Positions 51,472 through 63,928 of a stretch of DNA of 64,000 nucleotides are shown piece after piece; within the stretch, counting starts at the first letter, position 1, and every line of letters begins with the position of its first letter. The DNA comes from an uncultured Gammaproteobacteria bacterium (GTDB lineage Bacteria > Pseudomonadota > Gammaproteobacteria > JACCXJ01), in contig CAVXTM010000004.1 in assembly GCA_963764725.1 (NCBI GenBank), forward strand, positions 12,095 through 76,094, written 5' to 3'. The translations under genes were made by a program, and so were the position numbers. The notes below the pieces were generated by a model that saw only the letters and a list, made by a program, of their open reading frames with translations, was not told the origin of the DNA and did no database searches.

Positions 51472-51722
51472 AGTCCGTCATTGTCCCCGGCACCAGGAGC
51501 AAACGGCGCCAGCGCTTGAGTACCGTTTTTTTCAAGAAGAATTTTAACCCGTTGCTCGGCTTCACTCAGCGCCTTCTGGCAGGCTCTTGTTAACGCCACC
51601 CCCCGCTCGAAGTGCTTTAACGACTCATCGAGGCTAAGCTCGCCAGCCTCCATCTGGTTGACCAAGGACTCTAACTCTCGGAGCGCCTGCTCCAAATCAA
51701 ACCCGGTGTTTTTTCTCGCCAC
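51468..51722 (-). CDS. xseB: Exodeoxyribonuclease VII small subunit
   Basis: LESLVNQMEAGELSLDESLKHFERG; standard xseB-ispA order. Confidence 0.93.
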   Translation of the reverse strand: MARKNTGFDLEQALRELESLVNQMEAGELSLDESLKHFERGVALTRACQKALSEAEQRVKILLEKNGTQALAPFAPGAGDNDGL

Positions 51723-51819
51723 GCCCTATCCTCCCAGCATGTTACGGTAAACTAACGAAAATTCGGGGTCAATGCGCGGCGCTCATAGAAATACAAGCCG
51801 CCCGTCGCGCTCGTTTCGG

Positions 51820-51874
51820 TTGACATTGAGGCGGGAGAATCCTAGACTTTTTGGTGCGCTTAGACTTAGTCTAA
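51820..51874 (+). promoter_or_regulatory. Promoter TTGACA-17-TAGACT plus 7-1-7 box TTAGACT-T-AGTCTAA
   Basis: Read directly; the same layout recurs at 52022-52075. Confidence 0.7.
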
Positions 51875-51924
51875 AACATACGGCAAGCAAATTCGTGGAG
51901 GAGGCGGGCAACGAGACGGCAGTC

Positions 51925-52007
51925 CTGGAGATGCTGCTCGCGAAGAAGAAGGCCCCCGAGCGCCGTCTCTGGCTGGAGACCAAGGGGGACCTCGCGGTGG
52001 CGGAGTA
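51925..52007 (+). pseudogene. parE: 3' remnant of a second parE
   Basis: MLLAKKKAPERRLWLETKGDLA versus [22 protein letters not shown] at the end of 56042-57929. Confidence 0.85.
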
Positions 52008-52021
52008 GCCAGTGGCCCGGG

Positions 52022-54386
<2,365 letters not shown>

Positions 54387-54675
54387 GTTCGTTACCCATA
54401 CCGTTGCAGCAAGCGCGGGCTACCCTCTGCGGTTCGCCCGCGCTTTGCTGTTGACGGGGGTGTGTACCGAGTCACCAGGCCACGAGCACGTTGTGATGGA
54501 GGCGTCGCGGTCGTCCCGAGTACATGGTGATACGCGTCAAACTGGGCCGTATGGGACGAAGAGCTCACCGAAACGGGATCGGCGTGTCGCGCTACATGTC
54601 CTTCGAGCATCCCTACTAGCAGCGCGCTCTAAACTAGACCGACAATGCGATGACCTTCGAATCCGCGGGTGAGGC

Positions 54676-56022
54676 ATGAGCGAGCGGCCTGAGGCCTACC
54701 GCGAGGGCAGCCTCGAAGCGCCTACGCGCCATCCGTTGGCCTGGCGGGAACCGGATTTTTACGGCGAATCCGCGCTTAATGCCGAGCTTGCGCGCGTCTT
54801 CGACGTCTGCCACGGATGCCGCAGATGTGTGAGCCTCTGTAATGCGTTTCCTACGCTTTTTGACCTGGTCGACGGCTCGGCAACCATGGAAGTCGATGGG
54901 GTGGCAAAGGAGGACTATCGGAAGGTGGTGGAGAATTGCTACCTGTGCGATCTCTGTTTCATGACCCAATGCCCCTATGTGCCTCCGCATCCTTGGAACA
55001 TCGACTTCCCGCACTTGATGTTGCGGGCCAAAGCCGCGAGCTATCGATCCGAAGGCGCGAGCGTGCGCGACAGACTCCTGTCATCCCCCGATATCGTGGG
55101 CCGCATCGCCAGCGTGCCGGTGGTGGCCCCGATGGTAAATCGCGCTGCCGCCAACAGGACCGTGCGGCGGGTCACCGAGAAAACCTTGGGCGTGCATGCG
55201 CAAGCGCCCTTACCCAAATATCAGGAGCGCACCTTGAGGCGGCGGATCCGTAGCCGCAAAGCAACGTCGATAGAGCCGCTCGCGACGCCGCACACCAAGG
55301 GCCGCGTGGTATTGTTCACCACCTGTTATGGGGATTATAACGAACCCGAGATCGGCGAGGATCTCATCGCCATCTTCGAGCACAATGGTATTCCGGTGCG
55401 GGTACTCGAGCAAGAGGCGTGTTGCGGGATGCCGAAGCTAGAGCTTGGAGATCTCGGTTCGGTGGAACGCCTCGCCCAACGTAATCTCCCGGCCTTGGCG
55501 CGCTCGGCCAAGGAGGGATGGGACCTCGTCGCCCTGGTGCCGTCGTGTGTCTTGATGTTTAAGAAAGAGATCCCGCTGCTGCTGCCCGAAAATCGGGATG
55601 TTCAGCGCGTCGCCGAGGCCTTTTATGACCCGTTCGAGTATTTAAGCCTGCGCCACAAGGCGCGGCTTCTGCTCACCGATTTTAAGAACCCGCTGGGTAA
55701 AGTGATGTACCATGTCCCTTGTCATCAGCGCGTGCAGAACATCGGCCCCAGGACGCGTGAGCTTTTGAGTCTAGTGCCGCAGACGAAAGTCGAGACCATC
55801 GAGCGCTGTTCGGGGCACGACGGCACCTATGGGATCAAGCGCGAGTATCACGAGATCGCGGTCAAAATCGGGCGCCCCGTCGCCCATAAGGTCGCGCAAG
55901 CGGACGCCGATTATTTCACCAGCGATTGCGCGCTCGCCGGGCACCACATCGAGGCCGGATTGAATAAGAGCGTGAAGACCCTGCACCCCTTGCGGCTTTT
56001 GCGATTGGCTTACGGGATCTAG
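54676..56022 (+). CDS. Fe-S oxidoreductase (GlpC-like; rubrerythrin-associated RFO type)
   Basis: [42 protein letters not shown]. Confidence 0.85.
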   Translation: MSERPEAYREGSLEAPTRHPLAWREPDFYGESALNAELARVFDVCHGCRRCVSLCNAFPTLFDLVDGSATMEVDGVAKEDYRKVVENCYLCDLCFMTQCPYVPPHPWNIDFPHLMLRAKAASYRSEGASVRDRLLSSPDIVGRIASVPVVAPMVNRAAANRTVRRVTEKTLGVHAQAPLPKYQERTLRRRIRSRKATSIEPLATPHTKGRVVLFTTCYGDYNEPEIGEDLIAIFEHNGIPVRVLEQEACCGMPKLELGDLGSVERLAQRNLPALARSAKEGWDLVALVPSCVLMFKKEIPLLLPENRDVQRVAEAFYDPFEYLSLRHKARLLLTDFKNPLGKVMYHVPCHQRVQNIGPRTRELLSLVPQTKVETIERCSGHDGTYGIKREYHEIAVKIGRPVAHKVAQADADYFTSDCALAGHHIEAGLNKSVKTLHPLRLLRLAYGI

Positions 56023-56041
56023 CGAAGAGCGAACCCGGTAC

Positions 56042-57929
56042 GTGAATCGACGCTACGACGCGGCCGACATCGAAGTCCTCATCGGACTCGATCCGGTGCG
56101 CCGCCGGCCGGGGATGTACACCGACACCTCGCGCCCCAATCATCTGATTCAAGAGGTGGTGGACAACAGCGTCGATGAGGCAATCGCGGGTTACGCCAAG
56201 CGCATCGACGTGGAGTTGCATCGCGACGGATCCGCGACCGTGACCGATGACGGCCGCGGCATGCCGGTGGATATTCACCCGGAGGAAAAAGTGTCGCGGC
56301 GTCGAGGTCATAATGACGCGGCTGCACGCCGGAGGAAAGTTTTCGGGCAAAAACTATCGCTTCTCGGGTGGCTTACACGGGGTGGGGGTCTCGGTCGTCA
56401 ACGCGCTGTCGCGGCGCTTGGAGCTGCGCGTGCGCCGGGAGGGCCGCGAATATCAAATGATCTTCGAAGGCGGCGAAAAAAAGACCGAGCTCGAGGTCAT
56501 CGGCACGGTGGGACGGCAAAATACCGGAACGGCGATCCGTCTCTGGCCCGATGGGCGTTACTTCGACACCATGAAAATCGCCATCCCGCGCTTGCAGCAC
56601 GTGCTGCGCGCGAAGGCGGTGCTCTGTCCGGGATTACTGATCCGGTTCACGGACGAGGACAGCGGCGAGCACCAGGAATGGCAGTACCAAGACGGAATCA
56701 CGGCCTACCTCTCGGAGGCCTTGGCCGGGCGCGATCTCCTGCCGCCGCAGCCGTTTACGGGGAGTCTGGAAGGCACGCACGAGGCCGTCGATTGGGCGTT
56801 GCATTGGGTCGCGGACGAGGGCGACATCATCACCGAGAGCTATGTGAACCTCGTGCCGACGGTGCAGGGCGGCACCCACGTGAATGGTCTGCGGCAAGGG
56901 CTCGCCGATGCCGTGCGGGAATTTTGTGAGTTTCGCAATCTCCTGCCGCGCGGGGTCAAGCTGGCGCCGGAAGACGTTTGGGAACGCTGCGCGTACCTGC
57001 TCTCGGTCAAGCTCGAGGAACCCCAGTTTTCCGGACAAACCAAGGAACGCTTGACCTCGCGCGCCTGCGCGGCCTTCGTTTCCGGGGTGGCGCGCGACTC
57101 TTTCAGCCTATGGTTGCATCAGCACGTCGAAACCGGCGAGCGCATCGCGGGGCTCGCGATCGAGCACGCCCAGCGGCGGCTCAAGGCGGAGCAGAAAGTC
57201 GTCCGCAAGAAGCTGACCGGAGGTCCGGCCTTGCCCGGCAAGCTCGCGGACTGCACTTCCCAAGAACCGGCCCGCAGCGAGTTGTTCCTGGTCGAGGGAG
57301 ATTCCGCCGGCGGCTCGGCCAAGCAGGCGCGGGACAAGGAATTCCAGGCGGTGATGCCGCTCCGCGGTAAGATCTTGAATACCTGGGAAGTGGATCCTGG
57401 CCAGGTCCTCGGTTCCCAGGAAGTACATGATATCGCTGTCGCGATCGGCGTGGACCCGGGATCGCCCCGGATCGAGGGCTTGCGTTACGGGAAGATCTGC
57501 ATCTTGGCGGATGCGGATTCCGACGGCCAGCACATCGCTACCTTGCTCTGCGCTCTCTTTCTACGCCATTTCCGCCCTGTGGTGGCCGCAGGACACGTGC
57601 ATGTCGCGATGCCGCCGCTCTATCGCATCGATATCGGCAAAGAGGTCTTTTACGCCCTTGACGACGAGGAGAAGCAAGGCGTACTCGATCGGATCGCCGC
57701 CGAGAAACTCAAGGGCAAGGTCAACGTGCAGCGTTTCAAGGGGCTCGGGGAGATGAATCCCTTACAGCTTCGCGAAACCACGATGGCGCCCGAGACCCGG
57801 CGTCTGGTGCAGCTCACCCTCGCGCAGGATCACGGGAGCGACGAGCTCATGGACATGCTGCTAGCGAAAAAGCGCGCTGCCGATCGCCGCGTGTGGCTGG
57901 AGCAGAAGGGGGATCTGGCGGCGGTTTGA
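56042..57929 (+). CDS. parE: Topoisomerase IV subunit B, frameshift near 56295
   Basis: [51 protein letters not shown]. Confidence 0.95.
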
Positions 57930-58013
57930 GTGCATGTCCTCGCCGCGTTCCGAGGGTTTGCATGCGGGCCGCTCAGGGCTACAATCCGCGGCGGATCTCA
58001 ACTCAATACGCTT

Positions 58014-58211
58014 ATGCCCGAGTCGCTAGAGCTCAACTTCGACAATGTCGAGCGCCGGCCGCTGCACGAGTTCAGCGAGCGCGCCTACCTCGACTATTCC
58101 ATGTACGTCATTCTGGACCGGGCGCTGCCCCACATCGGGGACGGCTTGAAACCGGTCCAGCGGCGCATTATCTATGCGATGTCGGAGCTTGGGCTGTCGG
58201 CCGGGTCCAAA
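58014..58211 (+). pseudogene. parC: Topoisomerase IV subunit A, first ~66 codons only
   Basis: [43 protein letters not shown], after which similarity stops. Confidence 0.9.
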
Positions 58212-58296
58212 CCTGATCAAGCAGTCGGGGCCGAGGCGCCGGCGATTTGACGGCAACTTGCTCCTCGCTGTCTTTCCAACCGAGAACGATTCCCAT
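58210..58296 (-). pseudogene. intI: 5' stub of an integron integrase
   Basis: AGGA RBS then [29 protein letters not shown]; PRLLDQV is the typical IntI N-terminal motif; divergent from the cassette array. Confidence 0.7.
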
Positions 58297-58499
58297 TTTT
58301 TTGTAATCCTTTGATAGCCATAATGGACCCCCCTGAACCGTCCCGCTCTTGCCGCAGAATACTAGGGCGCGCCCCTGTGTGCGTCAACAGCCGATCGCTA
58401 CCGCCGCCTAGCTCTTCTCACGACTCCCCCATGATCGGACTGCAAGCGATTGACGGCGTGGTATATTGGGTGACGAGTAGAGGGGCCGCGCCGCAAAAC

Positions 58500-58534
58500 A
58501 AGGCGGCAGATGGGCCGCCTATTACATGTTGGGC
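58500..58534 (+). other. Putative attI site (core GTTGGGC at 58528-58534)
   Basis: Core is complementary to R'' GCCCAAC of the first attC; no attC-like hairpin starting with RYYYAAC precedes it. Confidence 0.6.
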
Positions 58535-58585
58535 GGTGCGGAGCGCCTCTCGTTTCCCCGCGAGTCTAAGACAGGAGAAAAGAGC

Positions 58586-58864
58586 ATGAAGAAGTTTTGC
58601 GTAATCGTTGCGTGTGCATTCATGGCCCAGAGCGTCGCGCAGGTCGCAATTGCGGACGACGACTTCTACGGAAACATCAAGAGTCGCCCCGACGGAAAGG
58701 CTGGGACATGGGCCGTGGGAGACCGCTCTGTCGATGTGACCGACAAGACCGAGCTCGACGAAGACCGGGGCCCGCTCAAGGTAGGTGCGTGCGCCGAAGT
58801 CGAGATGGAGGGTGGAGTCGTGGAAGAGATCGAGAGCGAGTCGCCCCACAAGTGCGGAAAGTAG
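58586..58864 (+). CDS. Cassette 1: small secreted DUF5666-like protein
   Basis: AGGAG RBS, signal peptide, GTWAVG...LKVGACAEVE. Confidence 0.75.
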   Translation: MKKFCVIVACAFMAQSVAQVAIADDDFYGNIKSRPDGKAGTWAVGDRSVDVTDKTELDEDRGPLKVGACAEVEMEGGVVEEIESESPHKCGK

Positions 58865-58892
58865 CGGAGCAGGCGTACTGCGTTCGCGAGCC

Positions 58893-58964
58893 GCCCAACG
58901 AGGCGCTGCAGCCGACGGACAACCCGCCACGCGGCTTGTCCGCGGCTGAGCGTTTACGTTAGCC
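58893..58964 (+). repeat. attC site
   Basis: GCCCAAC...GTTAGCC with an imperfect internal palindrome. Confidence 0.9.
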
Positions 58965-59081
58965 GCGCCCGTCCCAGTGGGGTGCTCGCCTCCCTGTAAA
59001 CGAGTACGAGCGGACCGTGCTTTTTGTTTCATTTTCTTCGTGGTCAGGACACTAGCTGCCTACCGGCAGTGGAGGATTACC

Positions 59082-59484
59082 GTGACCAGCAACCCACCGG
59101 CTGAAATCCAGACTCTAATCGACGCCCACATCAACGGCTTCAACACCCAAGACAACGATCTTTTCCTCAGCGTTTTCGGGGACACCGCGATCATCATCGA
59201 CGGCATTGCGCCCTATCGCTGGTTGAACCCAAATGCTCCGGCCAATTGGCTCGCTGACGTAGAGAAATGGCGTGAGAACCTTGGCGTGACCTCACGAGCA
59301 CCTGTCCTACGAGATGGGCTTCTGGAATGTCGAGGGCTCGTCCGCATATGCTGTCATATCAGGGACTCTCACTGTCACGATTAAGGGCCAGTCCGTCGTT
59401 CGGACCGGTACCCTTGCGTACACGTTCGCGAACCGCGATGGCGTCTGGAAGATTGAGGCGCAGGCTTGGGGCCGCACGTCGTAG
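59082..59484 (+). CDS. Cassette 2: SnoaL/NTF2-like protein, frameshift near 59295
   Basis: GGAGG RBS, IDAHINGFN, IIDGIAPYRW, DGVWKIEAQAW. Confidence 0.7.
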
Positions 59485-59632
59485 CCTGCTTTATGTGCAG
59501 TGGACGACCCTCTTGTGCAGCGCCCGGTTAATGTGCAAAGCCGATCGGCAGCGAGGCAACGCTCAGCACGGCTAGGGCGGCCACCCACAAGTTGATCTTG
59601 AATTGCTGAGCAATTCGGCTTCATATGTTCTG

Positions 59633-59718
59633 GGCTAACCAGTCGTTGCACCCGACCGCCGCAACGTCTGGCGTGATGGAGAGTCAATCGGGCGGCGGGT
59701 GAACTCGGTCCGTTAGGC
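59633..59718 (+). repeat. attC site
   Basis: GGCTAAC...GTTAGGC. Confidence 0.9.
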
Positions 59719-59744
59719 AGCGATGGAAACTCGGAGGCACAACT

Positions 59745-60511
59745 GTGGACCCTACTATTGTCAGCCTCATCGTGTTCGCATGTACGTTCGCGGGCGCGCT
59801 GCTCGGAATGTGGTTGCGCAGCGTCTTACCAGAACATCTACTCGACGCTGAGTCGAGAGACACGGTGAAGGTCGGCATCGGCCTCATCGCCACGATGACC
59901 GCCCTCGTTCTTGGCCTCGTCACCGCCTCCGCCAAGAGTTCCTTTGATGCTGTGGACACTGCAGTGAAGCAAAGTGCCACTCAAGTCCTCACTCTCGACC
60001 GTGCACTCGCTCGCTACGGGCCCGAGACCGGCGAGATTCGCGAGGGCTTGCAGCGCGCTGTGGGGGCCCGAATCGACATGATTTGGCCACAGGGCTCATC
60101 CAAGCCCGCCAATCTGGATCCGACGAGCGCCGGAACAATGTCCCGAACTGAGGGAATCGCGGACGCAATCCGGGGTCTGAAGCCGCAGGACGACTCTCGG
60201 CGGGCGCTCCAGGCCCGAGCACTGGACCTAGCGGAAGCGCTGTTACAAGCCAGGTGGCTTGTGATGGCAGCACTGGGACGTCAATTCCTGTGCTCTTCCT
60301 TGCGGTCCTCCTGTTCTGGCTCACAATCACGTTCGCGAGCTTCGGGTTGTTTGCGCCGCGGAACGCCATGGTTGTCACGGTCCTCTTCGTTTGTGCACTG
60401 TCTGTTGGTAGCGCTGTGTTCCTCGTATTGGAGATGGATGGGCCGTTCGACGGCTTGCTGAAGGTCTCCGCGGATCCGTTGCGCTACGCACATGCGCATC
60501 TGAATCAGTAG
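59745..60511 (+). CDS. Cassette 3: DUF4239-like membrane protein, frameshift near 60270
   Basis: GLIATMTALVLGLVTASAKSSFD; LEMDGPFDGLLKVS. Confidence 0.75.
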
Positions 60512-60555
60512 GTGCGTAACGGTCGCATGCGTTCAGCTCGCTGCCCAACCCCGCA

Positions 60556-60867
60556 ATGAAACCAGTACATCAACTTCCGGTCATCCTGTGGGCTCTTTCC
60601 ATGTTTCTTACCGGATGCGAGCGAGAGCATCATCCGTGGGAAGGGCTGGTGTACCCCAAAACCGGACAGATGCCATACGACATAGCTATAGGCCATTTCA
60701 CAACACTTGAAGAATGCAGGGCTTCGGCTTTGGCCATACTTTCCAAGACACGCCCAGAAGAGGGTGCCACACCCGAGTATGAGTGCGGACTCAACTGCAC
60801 GGTTAGCAACATCCCACCACCACCGGGCATGCTTGCTATGCGTATCTGTGAGGAGACATCGAAATAG
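60556..60867 (+). CDS. Cassette 4: small Cys-containing lipoprotein
   Basis: Lipobox LTGC, F-TLEECR, YECGLNC. Confidence 0.7.
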   Translation: MKPVHQLPVILWALSMFLTGCEREHHPWEGLVYPKTGQMPYDIAIGHFTTLEECRASALAILSKTRPEEGATPEYECGLNCTVSNIPPPPGMLAMRICEETSK

Positions 60868-60881
60868 TATGGCTCGCCGCT

Positions 60882-60969
60882 GCCCAACTATGCACTCAAG
60901 CCGACGCCCGGGATCGCCGCGGTTCTTCCAAGCACCTGTGGCGGGCGCGGCTTAGTGTCATCGTTATAC
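60882..60969 (+). repeat. attC site
   Basis: GCCCAAC...GTTATAC. Confidence 0.85.
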
Positions 60970-60994
60970 GGCATGAACGCCACTCGTACGCGCT

Positions 60995-61727
60995 ATGCAA
61001 GTCTACGAGCTGATCCCTGATCCAGATGTACTAGTTCAGTTGGCTCCAGAGGAGCTGGCGTTCAGTCTGTTGTGCGTAGCTACCTCCAATCTCCAGAACG
61101 GACACGTACATAGAGACTCGATCATTTTGATCGACCCGCCAGTCGGTAGGGACCGCCCATATCGGCCACAAGTGGAGCGCGAAGTGCAGCTGGCCTTGAT
61201 TGAGGCGCTGCAATGGCTTGAGGTCAATGCGTTGTTGCTGCCGTCACCAGGCATCAACGGTCAAAACGGATTTAGGGTCATAGGCCGTCGCGGCCGAGAA
61301 CTGATTGATCGCAACCGTTACAACGCATTCCAGAAAGCAGCAGCATTTCCAAAGTCGCTGCTTCACCCGCTTCTTGCAGAGCGAGTATGGATTGCTCTCG
61401 CGAGAGGCGACCTGGCCGACGCCGTCTTCATCGCGTTTAGGACCGTAGAAGAGCAGGTTCGGTTAGCTGGCGGATTCGCAGATACAGATATCGGCGTGCC
61501 ACTAATGCGTCGTGCGTTCGACCCAGCCAATGGCCCGTTGTCTGACCCTAATCAACCTCAGGCCGAGAGGGAAGCACTCGCGCACCTATTCGCTGGGTCG
61601 ATAGGTTCGTACAAGAACCCACACTCACACCGAACAGTAACGACACTGATCATGTCGAAGCACAAGAGATTAAGTAATGCTCGCGTCGCATCTACTCCGC
61701 ATTGTTGATTCGCGTAGACGGATTTAG
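60995..61727 (+). CDS. Cassette 5: TIGR02391-family protein with C-terminal frameshifts
   Basis: LLHP, AVFIAFRTVEEQVR, GVPLMRRAF, LFAGSIGSYKNPHSHR; LASHLLRIVD in another frame. Confidence 0.8.
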
Positions 61728-61748
61728 CATCACAATGAACAACATCCC

Positions 61749-61811
61749 GTATAACTACCCGCTTCACCGCGACGCGGCGTGCGGCCGCGCGGGTGAGCGC
61801 GAGCGTTGGGC
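61749..61811 (+). repeat. attC site
   Basis: GTATAAC...GTTGGGC; R'' complements GTTATAC at 60963. Confidence 0.88.
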
Positions 61812-61826
61812 CGCTTGGGAAAAAGT

Positions 61827-62156
61827 ATGCGTAAATTGCTTTGCATTGTCCTTTCAGTTATCGCCACCTCAGCACTTGCCGGCCCCATAAAGGGGGCCGG
61901 GGGCACCACCTGCGGGAAGTGGGTTGAGGATCGAAAGACTAGCGTCTATTACACTCAGTTGAGTTGGGTTCAAGGATTTATCAGTTCGTATAACCATTAC
62001 GTCGATTCACACGAGGACCAAAATGGCGTATTCGGCACCGCTGACTCCAATTCCATCACCGTATGGATGGATAACTATTGCCAAAAGAATCCCTTGGAAA
62101 CTGTCTATACAGGCACATTGGAACTGATAGAAGAGCTGAAGAATCGTACGAGATGA
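61827..62156 (+). CDS. Cassette 6: small secreted two-Cys protein
   Basis: Signal peptide, GAGGTTCGKW, WVQGFISSYN, WMDNYCQKNP. Confidence 0.75.
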   Translation: MRKLLCIVLSVIATSALAGPIKGAGGTTCGKWVEDRKTSVYYTQLSWVQGFISSYNHYVDSHEDQNGVFGTADSNSITVWMDNYCQKNPLETVYTGTLELIEELKNRTR

Positions 62157-62159
62157 GCT

Positions 62160-62217
62160 GCCCAACCCATCATTCCAGCGGAGTGCCTTCGGCACCCGCT
62201 GAATTCAAACGTTAGCC
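62160..62217 (+). repeat. attC site
   Basis: GCCCAAC...GTTAGCC, 58 bp. Confidence 0.9.
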
Positions 62218-62226
62218 GGCCGATCC

Positions 62227-63418
62227 ATGCAGGCTCGTAAACCACGCGCTGCAGTATTGCTGGGGGCAGGCTCGTCGATTCCGGCCGGCTTCCCCGGCGC
62301 ACAGAGGACCTGACACGCCAGATTCTCTGTGGTATAGGGACTTCGCGTCACAGCGACGGCACGTTTTACGTCAACTCCTGCACCCGTGCTACGCCTTCCA
62401 GCATGTCAAGCTAGTCGCTACAGCCTCTGATATGTACCGGACTGAGATCGAAGGGTCTTCGGACCCGGTATGCTCGACCCGCCAACTACGAAGATCTCTA
62501 CTACTTGGCGAGTCAAATCGCGGATCATGAAGCGGGAGAACTTGATAATCCCGGCCTCTGTCAACTCATCGACGATCTGCGCCCTAAGTTTATAGAGCTG
62601 ATCCACCACGCAGAGATCACGGATGTGACGACCTTTCGTGAGCTGGCGAGAGAGACGGCAAACTATATGTTTGATACGGTCTGGAGGAGTCTGGTGATCT
62701 CCCCCTCTCAAACCACCCACCTGAAACCCCTGGAGGTGCTGTGCCGCTCGATGCGCTTTGAACGCGTCGCAATCGCAACCCTGTGCCACGATACGCACGT
62801 AGACCACTTTCTGAAAGGCCGTGGAATCCTCGCCGTCGATGGCTTCTCCTTGCCGGAAGCTGGGGTCCGATACTCAGTGCCTACAATCCTTTCCCGAGAA
62901 CTCAACTCATCCTTTGCTCTTGAAGCTTCATGGCTCGACCAACTGGTTTCGCCTAAGACCTGACGACGGTACGTGGTATGACGAGCGGATCGGCATCGCA
63001 GTTGATGGTGACTACGAGCACACCCGAGATTCTCATGGTCGGCTGCAGACACCCGTGCCCCATCGGCCACTTTTCCTGGTAGGCACGTTCAACAAGATCG
63101 CGGACTACTCCCAGGAGCTTTTCGCCGCACTCCTAAGTTGTTTTACGCGCGTTTCTTTCGTCCGTTGATAGAGTCGCCGTGTGTGGCTATAGCTTCGGCG
63201 ACAAGGGAGTTAACGCCGTGCTTGTCAACTGGCTGTATGCCAGCCAAAACCGGCGACTTGTTGTCATTCACCGGAATCCGGACACTGTACGGACAACTGC
63301 GCGGGGTGCTATAGCCAACAAATGGGACGATTGGAGGCGGTCCGGCTCCTTGCACGTCATCCAGAAGTGGATTCAGGACCTCGATGAGGACGCCCTCGAA
63401 GCGTGCCTGGCCCCCTGA
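62227..63418 (+). CDS. Cassette 7: SIR2-family protein with multiple frameshifts (possible pseudogene)
   Basis: MQARKPRAAVLLGAGSSIPAGFP, ATLCHD, LLKLHGSTNW, GYSFGDKGVN across frames. Confidence 0.8.
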
Positions 63419-63446
63419 ACGCGGGCGTTAGAAGGCGCTGAAACCG

Positions 63447-63908
63447 ATGGCAGGCGCATTCGGCCGGACCACACCAGCGGACGCTCTTGCGAAACTTGAG
63501 CGCGAGCTTGTCCAGTTGCGCTCCTCGCCCAATGACGCTGACTGCGCGATGAACTTCTTCATTACCGCCGAGCACATGCTGGACTGGCGCCACCCCGGGC
63601 AAGGCGAATCGAGGCAAGAGGGAGACGCTCCGAAATGGCGAGCCTCTACTTCAGGTCGTTTCCCACCTTGCCAATGGTGCCAAGCACTACGACCAACTTT
63701 CGCCACACCACAACTCAGTCGAAGCTTCTGGCCAAAGCGGGGGTTACTTCGCAGCGTCATACTTCGCGCCACGCTACTTCGGCAGCGGCTATTTTGGTGG
63801 CAGGCGGCTTACGGTCAGGCTGAAGGGTGCTGCGGCCAACTATCTCGGCGACTCGTTGTCTGCCGTGGAACTCGCCGAAAGGGTCTTCGCGTTTTGGCAA
63901 GCGAATAG
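63447..63908 (+). CDS. Cassette 8: hypothetical HEPN-like protein, frameshifted
   Basis: AKLERE, MNFFITAEHMLDW; in another frame PLLQVVSHLANGAKHY. Confidence 0.55.
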   Translation: MAGAFGRTTPADALAKLERELVQLRSSPNDADCAMNFFITAEHMLDWRHPGQGESRQEGDAPKWRASTSGRFPPCQWCQALRPTFATPQLSRSFWPKRGLLRSVILRATLLRQRLFWWQAAYGQAEGCCGQLSRRLVVCRGTRRKGLRVLASE

Positions 63909-63928
63909 CGATATCAAGTGAAAGCGCC

